DNA of 55,095 nucleotides, from positions 1 through 55,095 of the forward strand of contig JALMLS010000192.1 of assembly GCA_038496445.1 (NCBI GenBank). Direction: 5' to 3'. This stretch comes from Trichosphaerium sp. ATCC 40318 (lineage: Eukaryota; Protista; Tubulinea). A program made the translations under genes and the position numbers. Positions within the stretch are counted from its first letter, which is position 1. Each line of letters begins with the position of its first letter. Below, piece by piece: positions 23,932-37,000 of the stretch. The notes below the pieces were generated by a model. The model searched no databases, was not told where the DNA came from, and was given only the letters and a program-made list of their open reading frames with translations.

Positions 23932-26900
23932 ATGTCTAGCGAAAACTTTAAAGTGCCAACCGGTGGCCACATAGATGGTGTGTTATTAGCGCGTTAAAGC
24001 TTTTATGTAAACCATTTTGTTAGGCATGGTAATGGCACTCATCAAACAAGCCTACGACTCTGAGTCACGCGTAAAAGGCACTGTAGCGGAGACAATGGTC
24101 GAAATAGGCAGGTACCAACCTAATCTCGTGGTCAGTTCGTGCGCGCACTTCATACACAAGCAACCAAAGGTAAAAGTCACTCTAGACACTTAAAAAATGT
24201 ACCACACGTTTTCTTACAGTGCTTAGTTGGCTCAAGGTCATCGTGTGGCACTTCTGACAGTGATGAACAAGATCCTGGGTCAGAGGCTATCAAAAATCGA
24301 TGAGAAGCTTGGTATCAAGTTAGTTGGTCTCGCAATGCGCGAAATGACAGGCACAAGCGTACGAATTTTAACAACACATAATTTGAAATGTACAGCGGCT
24401 CAGTGGCACCTTTCATGGCGTCGAGGCGTATTTTAAAGGCCGTTAACTTCACATTACAAATTGGTTGTAAAAAATCTCCAAAAACTTTTCCCAAAAGTTA
24501 CTTCTGTTGATGAATTCATCATTGATAAATTCGGTTTATTCGCACTTTTATTGAAAGATTTTCTTAACTTTTAGGGATAATTCTGTAAAGTGTTAAAAAC
24601 AAACGACGACATGGCTTGCTCGTGTAGTTTTTTTGATTTTTGTGGATATAAGTTTATTTTATGTTTTGAATCCACTCTAGTGCAAATTGATGTTACTCTT
24701 CGCACTGTATTGTAGTAGTAATTCATTAATTATATAGGATGTTATCCCAGAATGGCAAGGCATGGCGTCTCAAGTCCTATGTGCTTTAGGCATGCGATTT
24801 GTAAAGGAAATCCTCTCTCGATTGTTAAAAATTTTCGAGCCTGGAACGATCCCTCATTACTTTGTAATGAAAACTCTTGGTGATTTGGCTATTTCAAATT
24901 GTACGTATAAGGTTGTATTCTATTTGTTTAGGATATTGTTATTTTTGTTGTTTCATCATGTGACGTCAATGGCAAGAAAGAGTTAACTAGTATTTTAGCT
25001 TTTGAAGTTGTACCACAACTTAAAGATGTATTGGCTAGAATCTTACCAGTTTTGGCTCTTATTAAGCATGATAATATACGTTGGGTATTTGCTACAAGTA
25101 TAGGTCAATTTTGCGAGGCTATACTGAATTATGTTGCCAATATTGATAAGGTAAAATACTAAATGACACGCAATCAAAAATTTTCGAAAGAAAAATCCAA
25201 AAAACATTTTTTTCTGAATCGTGGTTTAAGCAGTTACTTCGGACAATGCCACACGATTAAAATACTTTCTTCTAACTATAATGTGTTAGGCTCCAGATAA
25301 GAAAATATCCCGTGCTTCATTCAGCACTGAAGTTTTCCCAGCGTATGAAATTTTCTTTAACAACTGGCTCATTTCGAAAAATAAAAAGGTACAACAACCC
25401 TGTGACTTTACTAGAAATACTTTGTATTAAATTTATTCAATTTATGGCTTTTAAAGAAGCTGTTGTACGCCTGAAATAGTTTCTCTTTTTTTTCTATGGC
25501 GTTGTAGAGGATCCCCGTCATTCTTACTTTTGAGGATAATTTCGTTTACTTCAAATAGGTCCGATTGGCTACTGTTATGGCTGTCGGTAGTATGTGCGCT
25601 ATCATGGAGAAAGCTCAATTCGAAACACAGTTTCCAAGGATAATCCCTGCATACTTGAATATGTACAAAAAAGAGTCTTCAGAAGATCACCTTGCTATCA
25701 CTCAGGTTCGCAATTTTTGTTTGTAAAACAAAACTACAATTTCACATCAGGCTTGTACTGTTGTGTAGCTTTTGTATTCATATCACTTTTTATAGTTCTA
25801 TGCCTGACTTGATTTTTTTCATAGGGATTATGTACTATACTTGATACAGCAACAAAGGACAAAGAAACAATCATTTTGGATACTTTGTTGACACCAATTT
25901 TAAATATTATTCATCCACGCGCTTGTGTCCCTCCAAATTTTTCAAACTCGAATTCGATCAAGAACCATAATGAACTATTGAGGTAGAGGTACAGTTTCAA
26001 GTTTGACGAAACGCTGAAAATCATGACATTTTGACACTTTTGCGTGTCAAAAAGCAAGACCTATTCAGTGAAAACAAACTCAGGTCAGTTTTAGTGACAT
26101 GTTTCTTTTGAAATATGTCGCTTAATCCATCTCTGTGTTCACTGGTTCTTCGTCCTCTCAGCGTTTCGTCAAATTTATTGGTGCAGAGAAAAAGACTGCC
26201 AGTATTTTTGTTTTGCCTTTTTTTTCGTTTAAGTTTTACGTTTTCTTTTTGTGGAGTTTGTTGGTTTTCTTATTTTGTTATTTAAAGGTGTATCGAGATA
26301 TTGGCTCGTTTTGAAACAGATAGTGTACTAGAGTACTTATTATCAAAAGTACAAGCACGTGAACCAAAGATACGAGAAGGAACAGTCGATATATTTAAGC
26401 ATCTCATCAATCGTATAAGTACGCACTCGTTTGATGTTTTACCTATACACGTGTTAATCATAACTCGTAGATGACGTTCTTGAAACCAGAAAAGAGTTGA
26501 TTGTCGGTGGTTTAAAGCATTTGGTTAAAGGAGAAACATACTTTGGCGTACAAAAGTCTATGGCACAAACTGTTATTGCTATGGGCTCTCACGTGCGTTT
26601 TTTAAAACAGACCAAAAACTCAAAGAACTTTATTCTTATAAAATACGTCTAGGGATACTTGGGACTCGAAGGTGGTGAACATATGATAGAATACGTACTA
26701 GAGAAATGTAGTATGACTGAGAAAACAGCACCTAAGCCACCTGTACGTTGTCAAGCTAGATTGTTCAGTTTTTCTTTTTTTCTTCTTTTAGAAGGACACC
26801 AACCCGTTCACTCTTTGTTGTATATACATCTAATATTTTACCCCTCCAGCCACAAAAGAAAGGTTCTAAAATACCACCACATGATCCTCTTGAAATCCGT

Positions 26901-29900
26901 GATATTTGTGATCATATCCTTCATCTTATGACAACCACTGTACCTTGTATGGAAGAAGTACTTTGGCCTTCACTCTTGGAGCCTCTATGTGATCCAAAAT
27001 ATGTGAACGCTGGTGGAATAATGTGCAAGTGCCTTGCTTATTTGGGAGGTGTAAAGAGAGACCAGGATACAAAAGGAGAATGCGATGATTATATCATCGA
27101 TTTTGACAGATTTGTTAATTTACCTAAACCTTGGGCACTTATTGCTCGTTTAATGGTACTATTGAACTGTCCAAAACGAAGAAATCAAGTTGGTACCCAT
27201 ATCTTGGATACTATGATCGCGTTGGGACCAGTATTACATCCGTCTATATCCGATATGTGGGATAGTAAAGTGCCAAAATTGAAGGTAAACAATTTTCTGA
27301 AAGAAACCAAAAAAGTTGACTGTGTCTTTCTTCTTTCTACTTCTTACACTCTTTTTTAAGGCATACTTGGGTGGTAGCAAGTATAACTCGCAAACATGGG
27401 AAGATTTAGTCCTTCGTTTGCTTACAGAGACTATCCGAATCATTGATGATGAAGAGTGGACAATGAAGATTGGTGACTCTATTGTTGAGCATATGAGCCA
27501 CTATGAAGGTGATCATGAGTTGAAGAAGACAGCATTAAAGCATCTTGGACTTATCTTACAACAATGTACACATAAAGGATTCCTACAAAGGAATTTGGAG
27601 GTTCGTCACAAACACACAATTTCTTTATGATGTCTGTTAACTTATCATGTTTTTTTAGGTCTTATTTACACATTGTGACCACTCAAGTGACTTGGAGCGT
27701 ACTGGGTGTGCTCAAGGATTTGGATACTGTGGTAACCGTCACTTGAACGCTACTCTTGAACGATTGAAGCAAGTTTGCACGATAAGTATGTGTTCAGTCT
27801 TTTAAGAAACTTTGATGTTTACTAATGCTCTACTACTTAGAGGGTCGTCCTAGTGCCAAGCCAAAGAAGACCAAGAGTAGTGGTGGTTTTATGGGATGGT
27901 TTAAAGGAGGTGGAGGTAGCTCTAAGAAGCAAGCTGTTGGTAACTTTAATGTTATTACGACTGTTCTTTGTTATGGTTATATTACAGCGTGAGTACCTTT
28001 TTTCTCTTTAGATTATCTACTGGTGTCTTGGATCCTTACTTTTGTTCCTAGATATGCTGACACAGAGAAGATTACTTCATGGGTAGAAGTGCATATTATC
28101 AACAACTTAAAGGATTACATGTCTCCACCACCAAAATCTGCTCTTTTGAAGGTAAGCACGGATTGTATTTATCTCTTTTTTTTATCCGCAATGTGGTGTT
28201 TGATAGCACTTGTCTTCTGTTTTTTAACACGTTTTCTATAGGAGAATATTATCAAAGCGGTAGATTTGATTGGTAAAGCCATGCATCCAAAGCATTTAGC
28301 TGTATGTGAAATGAACCACAATTTGTTAAAACTTCGTTGCAATTTTCTTATGAGTACTCTAGCGCAAATTTAGATTCAAACCACGCGACGAACTTCTTGG
28401 GCTTCTTATCACTTATATGACACCAGAGGCTGGTCCAGTGACAAATGAGATTCGGTATGTCTATTAAAGAGATAAATCTTTTTTTTTGCCTAAGACTTTC
28501 TTCTTTTTTAGTGTTCTGGGTATCAATGCTTGTGCTACTTTGTTGAACTTGAATCCTTCTGTTGATGCAGAATCTGATCTTGAAGAAAAATTAATGACAC
28601 GTGTTGCTACTTTTTATGGCTTGAAAGCAGAAGGGGACAAGGAAGAAGTTTTACAAATGATTTTTACAAACTTGATCAAAATGTTCTCTGTCATTCTTTA
28701 TAAAGATACTTCAATAAGTCGTCTATTGCGTATCCTTAACCGATTATCTCCTTGGACGAATACTGCTGTACGACTAATTTTCTAAAACTTGCTTATGCTA
28801 GTGGCTTGCCCACAAGCTCTTTGTTCTGCTTTCTCTTCGAACTTATTTTATTTTTTTTGTGTTGACTTTTCCCTCAAGGTACAAGACGAGCGAAAACGTT
28901 CTATGGCTGGTATTTTAAGTCTTATTAAGAAGTACTTGGAATACGCTAGAGAAATTAAAGGCTTAGAAGAGCAGAAATTTGCTGGTACGCTTTCTTTATA
29001 CCACGTTTCTTCCAGAGCTCTTAATTTTATTTCTAAAACTGTTTACTAGATTTGGGACATACTCTGGCTTTATTTATACCAAGAACTTGTGATCCAAGTG
29101 AAGATGTTCGTAAACAAGCTATAGAAGCTATACAATTCGTACTGTGTATCCTTCCCGTCCAGCTAGAAAGATTTCTTTTTTTTTTCTTTGTTGTCTCTTG
29201 CTGTTGTTATTTATTATTGTTTTAACTCTACAAGACTTGGACTTCGCTATGCGTGGTATCGCAGGAAAGGATGATAAATCAATCAGTGATGTCAGCCCAC
29301 CAAAAGCACTGCAACCTTTAACAGAGTTAAAGTAAGAAAGATTCTAATCGTGTTTAAGTGATAGTAACCCTGTTTTAGGAAGCGTGTTGGTGCTGGAGAT
29401 TTGAATGAACAGTTTAAGGTTGTACGTGAGATGGCAACTATTGTATCGAATGCTTTGCCAGATGAAAACTTGGATGAACTTCTAGTACATACGTTGAAGG
29501 GTCTTACAGACCCAGAGGTAAGATAGATACTTTTTTTTTATTCTTTTTTCTTTTTTCTTGCTCTTCTTTACTGATTGGTTGACGGGTGATGTAGGTTACT
29601 TCAGCACGTGGTACTTGTGTTGTTCTATTTGGTTTAGTTCAATCTAGAGGTGAAGAAGCTGAGCGTAGTGTACCAGATGTAGTTAAGGTAATTTATCGAG
29701 TTTATGCCTTCGTTTGACACCTGGTTTTCTTTTTAACTTACTCTGTTGTATAGGGTGTCATTGCACAGATGAGACTTGTTCAAAACGATCAAGTTATCAA
29801 CGGTTCTCTGCATGCTATTAGATCACTTGCTCAACATCATACATTGCTTGTTATAGAGACTGTTCTTAAAGAACCAATTCCACATGATGAACATGTTGTC

Positions 29901-32137
29901 CGCGCTTTACATACTATTGCAAAGGATGCTAAGCTTGTTATGCCTTTTGTTAAGTTCCTTACGAATACTATTAACAATGGTGAGCTTATGGAAGAAAAAG
30001 AGAAAGGAGGAAAGTCGGTTGAATGCCCTTCAGACATGAGCTGTAGCGTACGTCTCTTTTTTTTACTCATTGGTGCCAGAAAAAACGGTTTTTGAGTTTT
30101 TTTTTGGTTGTCGATCGTGTTGAGAGGCTTTCGATGACCTGTTTTTGAGCCTATGTATTACGTGTAGTTACGAATCCTTATATTTTTTGTTTAGGCAACT
30201 TGTGCTCTTGGTGAGATTATGGAAATTGATGAGATGGTTTTTATTGTTCAAAATAATTATCCTCTATTGGTTTCATCTCTACTTCTTCGATTAGGATCAT
30301 CTTATGGATTTTCAGAACCTGTAAAGTAAGTACTTATTCATTTGTAGTTTTGTACTCGCTGGTATTAACTCTTTTTTTCAGTCAAACTGTTGAAGCTCTT
30401 GGTAAGTTTATCAAGGCTGCAAAAGAAGAAAATATGAGTGTTATGATGGACGCTGAGAATGTTTGGGATACTCTTAAAGGAGAGAACTACCTACAAGGTG
30501 TAGAGAAGATTATAGCGTACGGCTTTTTGAAACATTAAGTTGGAGTTTGAGCACTTACTGATCGTCATTTGTAGTTGTATTTGTGCTGAACATCCGAATG
30601 AAAAGCGAAAAATATTCACATTCTTGAAGCCTTACTTGCAAGCCAATTACATTGGACAAAGAAAAGTTACAGCTGCAGTATATGGAGAACTTATTAATGC
30701 TACAGCTGTACGTTCAAAATATTTTATGAGCAGAACAACTCGTCCAAGTGTTCGGAAACCCTTCTTTTATTTCTCATTTTTTTCTTGCTTTTACTTACTT
30801 TATTTTCCAGAAAGACCCAGAGCTTCTTGACAAGCTTGTTAATGAGCTACTTAATGTTTTGACTGATACAAACTTGAAAATACAAGCTTTACGTGGATTA
30901 TCCAACATTGTGTCATGTGGTGTTGAGAAAGTAAATCAATATGCACAATCAGTTTTGGATGCTTTGTTGTCTTCCATAGATGTTCCAGATCCAGTGCTTG
31001 CTATGGAATCTATGCGTGGACTATCAAAGGTATGTTATTTTATTCTTTTGAAAGATATTTTTTAGCACGCGACATAAACACGTGTTTTTTTAACGTGGTT
31101 TTTACATTAGGTATTCGAAATGGTTGATGAAGGCAGGATTGCTCCAATTTTGATCAATATTTGCAACAGGATACAACCTGCTCTTGATAAACCTGATGCC
31201 AGAATACGTGGTGCTGCTATAAATCTTTTTGGCGCTTTGAGTCGATTTGGTATGGCCTTGAAGAGCTCTTGTTTTCATAATTCTTTTTGGTCTAACTTTC
31301 TTTTTTAAAGGTGTTGATGGTGCTTCTAAAGATACTTACTTTGATCAATTACACATCAACTTACCTTGTTTGCTTGTTCATTTGAAGGACAAGGATCCTG
31401 AAGTGACAAAGGAAGTAAAGAGGTACATACAAGCCAAAAAGAAAAAGTAAATGTCAAAGTTGCTCATTTTCACGTAGGACTTTTAATAAAATCGGACCTC
31501 TCTTCCGTGATGAAGAAGTTACTAAACTTATGGTTAAACTCAACCCACAGTATGACTTGGATTATGATGAATACATTAACAAACTATCTATTGCATTGGT
31601 ACGGCTTGAGATTTTTTTGAAAGCAAAACAAAAAATACCTTCTGAATTGTGGATCTCCACGTTTGGTGGTCATTATCCATATGTGCCTATATTATCTACC
31701 ATGTTTACAAGTTCTTGTTTGAACTAATTTTCTGATAAAATCACGTGATAAGTTTGTTGTTTGAATGTTGTTCTGCAAACTTATTTTTTTCTTTTGTAGA
31801 TTGCGAAGTTCCCTAAGAATGTAAACAAATATGTCATGAGGACTGTTGAGAAGTACTTTAGTAGTCAATGGGAGATTATCAGATCTAATGGTGCTGTACT
31901 TGTTGGTTTCTTACTCGGAAATCTATCAGAGGAGCTTAGAGAGAAGCTTAATCTTAATCCAGGAATTGTTTGTCGAGGTATTTTTTTTAACTTTTTTTTC
32001 TCTTCAATTTTTCTTGCTTGTGCACGTGCTATGAGAGCTGACATTTTTCTTTAGCGCTCATTAAGTTACTTAAAGAAAAGAGTCCACTTGTTCGTAGTAA
32101 AGCAGCTGAGGCAATGTCTCTGCTTTATGAGCTCTAA
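23932..32137 (+). CDS. MROH1: Maestro HEAT-like repeat protein 1 (HEATR7A/SGR6 family), dozens of small introns
   Basis: Family-typical segments FEPGTIPHYFVMKTLGDLA, KNHNELLRC, VLWPSLL, LPKPWALIARL, ERTGCAQGFGYC, LCYGY and IPRTCDP, and the C-terminus ALIKLLKEKSPLVRSKAAEAMSLLYEL*. Confidence 0.88.
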
Positions 32138-32393
32138 ACAAATGATGATGTTGTTCTTTATGAAAACACGTTGGAACTTTTTCTACCACCTTAAAAAATA
32201 AATGTATGTTTTTCTTGAAGCTCAATTTGTTGTATACATGCTCCTACATGATACACTTTAAAGCAATCTTTGCTTAATCAAAACCAAACAAACAACCACA
32301 GCTACTTTGTAGTTTGTTTATTTTACATCCAAGCATCCACTTCGAATGGCATACTTCAACTTTTTTTATTTTATCGAAAACAGAATTTGTAGC

Positions 32394-33627
32394 CTGTATT
32401 TAAAAGTACATGCAGTACATAAATAAGAAAAAGAGAACCAAAAAGAATGTACTATATCAGCCAAAACCGAAATTAGTAGGTGAATAACACGATAGTGTAC
32501 AAGGAATAGACAGGTTTTTTGATATAAGCATGCTCGCTAATTCGCGCCATCTACTTATTTTGTGTTATCCAGTAAAGTACTTGTACCAAAGTAATTTTTT
32601 TCTGTTTTAATCCAGTTGTTCACAATTCTTTGAGCCAAGTACAAGTGGTGAGGAACTAACATGTGTTAATAAGTAGGAAATTGTATAGTAGATTTTTTGA
32701 TTTCAGAAAAACACATTATGAAACCAGAGCGGAGAAAATATTTTTATTGTCGGATTCTATGCACTGATACATGTCGCATTAGTATGGAAAGAATCAGCGT
32801 CAAAATCGGTCTGGCAAGCCAGAAATTTTTACTTTTTTGTCGATTTTTTGCATCATGATAAAATTTCCAGAAAAAAATAAGAAAGGTAACATTTATGGCA
32901 ACCACGGTCAAGTTCAGCTCTGATTTTTTACACAGTACACCAACATGTCAATACGCGTATTTTCAATTTTTTTTGGAATGTAAAAGTTCTTCGTTTTTGA
33001 AGCAAAAAATTGACAAAAAAGTAAAAATTTCTGGCTTACCAGACCGATTTTGATGCTGATTCTTTGCATACTAATGCGACATGTATCAGTGCATAGAACC
33101 CGACGATAAAAATATTTTCTCCACTCTGGTTTTCATAAACGCACGTGCGTTTTTCGAGCACTAAAAAACTACTTTAGCTTGTAGAGTAAGTTGGAGTTGC
33201 CTTGGTACATATAGGATCCTAAAACTAAAACTGTGAGCCGGGCTTTAAGACGCTTTACAAGTAGAACAATAACCTTGCACATTTTGTTTTGTGGTACTTC
33301 TTAGGTGTGAGGATTGTTATGACTTGTACTGGCACTCATACACGATTGTCCCATACAAAATAAAAAAGCCATTAATGCATTTTCACAATTAAGTAGAAAC
33401 AAAGTTAATAAGAGGAGAAAACAGCTTTGACTTACAGATTCATTAACTCTTAGAAGTGAATATATCTTGATTTGCTCACATAGCTTATCTTGTGTTATTG
33501 TCAAGGAAGACACTTTTTAACCCTGTTACATATGTACCAACATGTTGGGTCAGTGTAAGGCATCAGTGAAAGTCGGCTCAACACTTTTTTTTAAACCGCA
33601 TTTCAATGAAAACCAAGAGGAGAAAAT
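32394..33627 (+). repeat. 1.2-kb dispersed duplication, copy 1, containing a long palindrome (arms 32716-32855 and 32998-33138)
   Basis: Collinear with 53872-55095. The arms are ~140-bp reverse complements. A degenerate partial third arm starts near 33606. Confidence 0.9.
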
Positions 33628-34044
33628 AGTTTTATTGCAGCATTATACACACATATACATGTCGCATTAGTGTGCAAAGAATCAGGTCTTCTTTCTGGTT
33701 TTTTTGAGCCATAACAATCTCACGTTCATTTCAGCAAGTAAAAAGACTCAACCGATGTCTTAGTGTATTGTGGAAAAACATTGGGCTTAAATTTATGCCA
33801 TAAGTCGTGGTTACAAAATTCTTATTGGCCTGAGGTTCCAATAAAATTTCAACAATACATACACCTCTTACCTTCCAAAGTTGAACAAATTACAATTGAA
33901 CGTTGCACATATAAGTATCCTTTATCTTCAGTGCGCCAAACAAGTTATTGGCCACGAATTTGAAACAAAGTACAATTTGTGAGGAAAACTAAACTGTGGT
34001 TGTTTATTGATAAATGTTGCTTGTTTACAACAGACGCATTAGAA

Positions 34045-37000
34045 TTACTTTGCTGTACTTTCAAGGAGAGCTATTTTTGCCAGTAGAATGGCATTCTTCT
34101 CCTTTAGGCTAGTGTTGTCTCGCATTAGATCTTGGACACCTTCGGAGAGGTTGGCGCTTTCCTTGAGGTTTTTGACGCTTTCCTTGAGGTTTTTGACACT
34201 TTCCTTGAGGTTGATATTGTCTAGCTTTAGGGTGTTGTTGCTTCCTGTGAGGTCTTTGATGCTTTCAGTCAATTCAGTAATATGCTGTTCTTTATTTGCA
34301 TTCATTTTCTGTGAATTCCGTTGATGTTCAGCCAGGCTCTTCTTCAGTTTCTCTACCTCGTTGTTTGATTCTTGTAATTCTAGTATGAGATTGGCATAAT
34401 TATAAATTGGTTGTTCATCATCAGTTGAATCATCATGGGCAGCCCACAGTTTTCTAGTACAAAACTTAAGTTTAAAAGATACTATAAAATTATACCTGTT
34501 AGAAATAAAAGTGTCAGAATCAGATAGTTCATCATCAGATAGCTCGCCAGCTGAACCATCAGTATCTACTTCTGAAGCTTGATCTTCAGTTTGTTCATTA
34601 TCGCCTTTCTCTTTCTTCGTCTTTTTATTACCTTTCTTGGTTTTTGAAGTTTTACGTTTTTTTGTACGTTTGTTTGTAACTTTGATGATGTACCGAGCAA
34701 CAGCTTGAGTATCTAAATAATGTTGATAATTTAATCATATTTTTCAATTGTATTGCTAAGTGTACCTTGTGCCACTACCAGCTCATCGTATACTGCATCT
34801 TCAAGTTTATCTGCAGGCAAAAGTTTACCGATGCGGTCTACCAATGCATAGTGACTTTGGTAGCCTGGTTTTATTGGTCTTCCGTGCAAGTTTTCATTCA
34901 TGGTTTTGGTACCCTCATCAGTATTTTTACATACAAGGGGATCATGCTTTTTATCATCAAGTAAGTAAAGAATATCCACATCAATATTATTGTTTGCTTA
35001 CCGGATAAACATTCCCAGGAGTAACAAGACTTAAAACCAGTGTTTTTGCAGTTGTTCCTTTTAAATCATATGAAGCGGCATACTTTATGCTTCTCTATTG
35101 CCGAAAATGAATATTGACCACCTGCAATAATTGGGTAATAACGTACAGTGAAGTATATCCCTTGACCATAGTAACCAGCGTCTAAAGAACTCACAGTTCC
35201 AAAACCAGCCTTTACAATACTCTTAGCTGCTTCTTCGGTAGTTCCATGTACCATCAATATCACTGGTAGCTAAATAAAATATTTGTAGTGCAAGAGTACC
35301 AAGAACATTACCTTATCTTTTTTTTCAGTATAACAATCATTAAAAGCAGTGAGGGCGTTGTACTTTTGGTACACAGTCTCTTTGTATTCCTTGTAGATAC
35401 TATCAGTTTTCCAATTTTGTTTTTTAAACAACTTGGGCAGTTCTCTAATAGATGCATGTTTAGAATCACGAAAATGCCTATGAAGTGTGGAGCAACCGTA
35501 CTGATGTCTGTGTGTCAGTATTTCGTTGATTCGACCAAAGTTTTCTGTCAAGATGTCATTATAAACGAGAGTCGCTTCAGTGATATCGTAATTGTCATAG
35601 CCATGTAGTTTTGACATCTCCTGTTTGAGGATGTTGAATTCTCTGACTGCCACTTTGTCGTTTGTATCAAGAAGGTTCAGTGTTTTGTAGTGTGTTGCCT
35701 TTGCAACAATGCCTCTTTTTGTAATATTAGAACTAATAAAAAGTAATTGAACACACGTGTTAGAGCTATCCCAATTATTTGCAAAATACAATCGCGGATT
35801 CAGGCTCCATGCGTTTTCACCTTTTAATCCTTTTGAAAACTTTTTTTAGTATTATAACCACACGCTTCTTACCTTCAGTACACTCTTCTTTTAAGGATTC
35901 ATCTTGACTGTTATTAACCCAAGCATCATTGGGCATATCATGCAGAAAACCTTGCATTGATTGCCCATCTTGTTTCCAGAATTCCTGTAGAAAAAGAATG
36001 TTGTTTGTAGTGTAGACGTTAGCAGTGAAGATATCGTACCGGAGACAGTACAACTTTGGGATCACATGTAGAACAAATTAAATAACAAATCCCTTTTTCC
36101 ATTGCCAGTTTGAAATAATACCACGTTGGCTAAACGTTGTAATGGTTAGTTTAAGGTATTGGTATTCAACAAAGTGTACCAAACGGTGAAGCCATTCTTC
36201 AAACTGTTTTCTCCCCTCTACGTTGACATTTTGCGAATAGTGCTTTTTACAGTATCTCCACAGTGGATGGCATTGTTTACCACTTGGACAGTATTTTAAG
36301 AAAGTTACGAATTTTTCAACAGCTGAGGGTGTATTTGATACCACTTCTCTAATTAAAATGAACATAAACTCTTGCCACTTTCTTTGGCATGGAGTTACTA
36401 CTACTTACAGTGTTAGCTATTAATTTCACCAAATTTTGTAATGTGACCAATACCTGAATCCTTGTTGGTTTCACTTTCATCAATAGTTTCAATATTATTT
36501 GCGTTAGGTTTGATTAATTTCAACATTAACATTGATATATAGTCAAAGTCTCAAATGATAGTAAATAAACATAGTTTTTATCTCATTTGTGATATTACCT
36601 ATATAAATTAAAGCTGTATTTCCATCTTTATCAACAACTTCAATATTGGCGTTGGCTTTAAGTAAGATTGATACAACTTCATTGCGTCCTTTTTGTGCTA
36701 AATAGTAAAATGAGATATGTACATGTTGTATCTCATCATATCATGTTACCTGCACATATTAAAGCTGTCTTTCCATCTTCATCAACAGCATCAATATTGG
36801 CATTGGCGTTGAGTAAGATTGACACAACTTCATTGTGTCCTTGGTATGCTAAATAGTAGAGTGAGATATGTACATGTTGTATCTCATCATATCATGTTAC
36901 CTGCACACATTAAAGTTGTCATTCCATATTTAGCAACAGCATCAATATTGGCATTGGCTTTGAGTAAGATTGATACAACTTCATTGTGTCCTTGGTATGC

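Noticed and set aside
5574-32137. Alternative genetic code or non-canonical introns
   Set aside because: Conserved genes splice with GT-AG introns and end at TAA or TAG. Apparent in-frame stops are explained by introns or indels.
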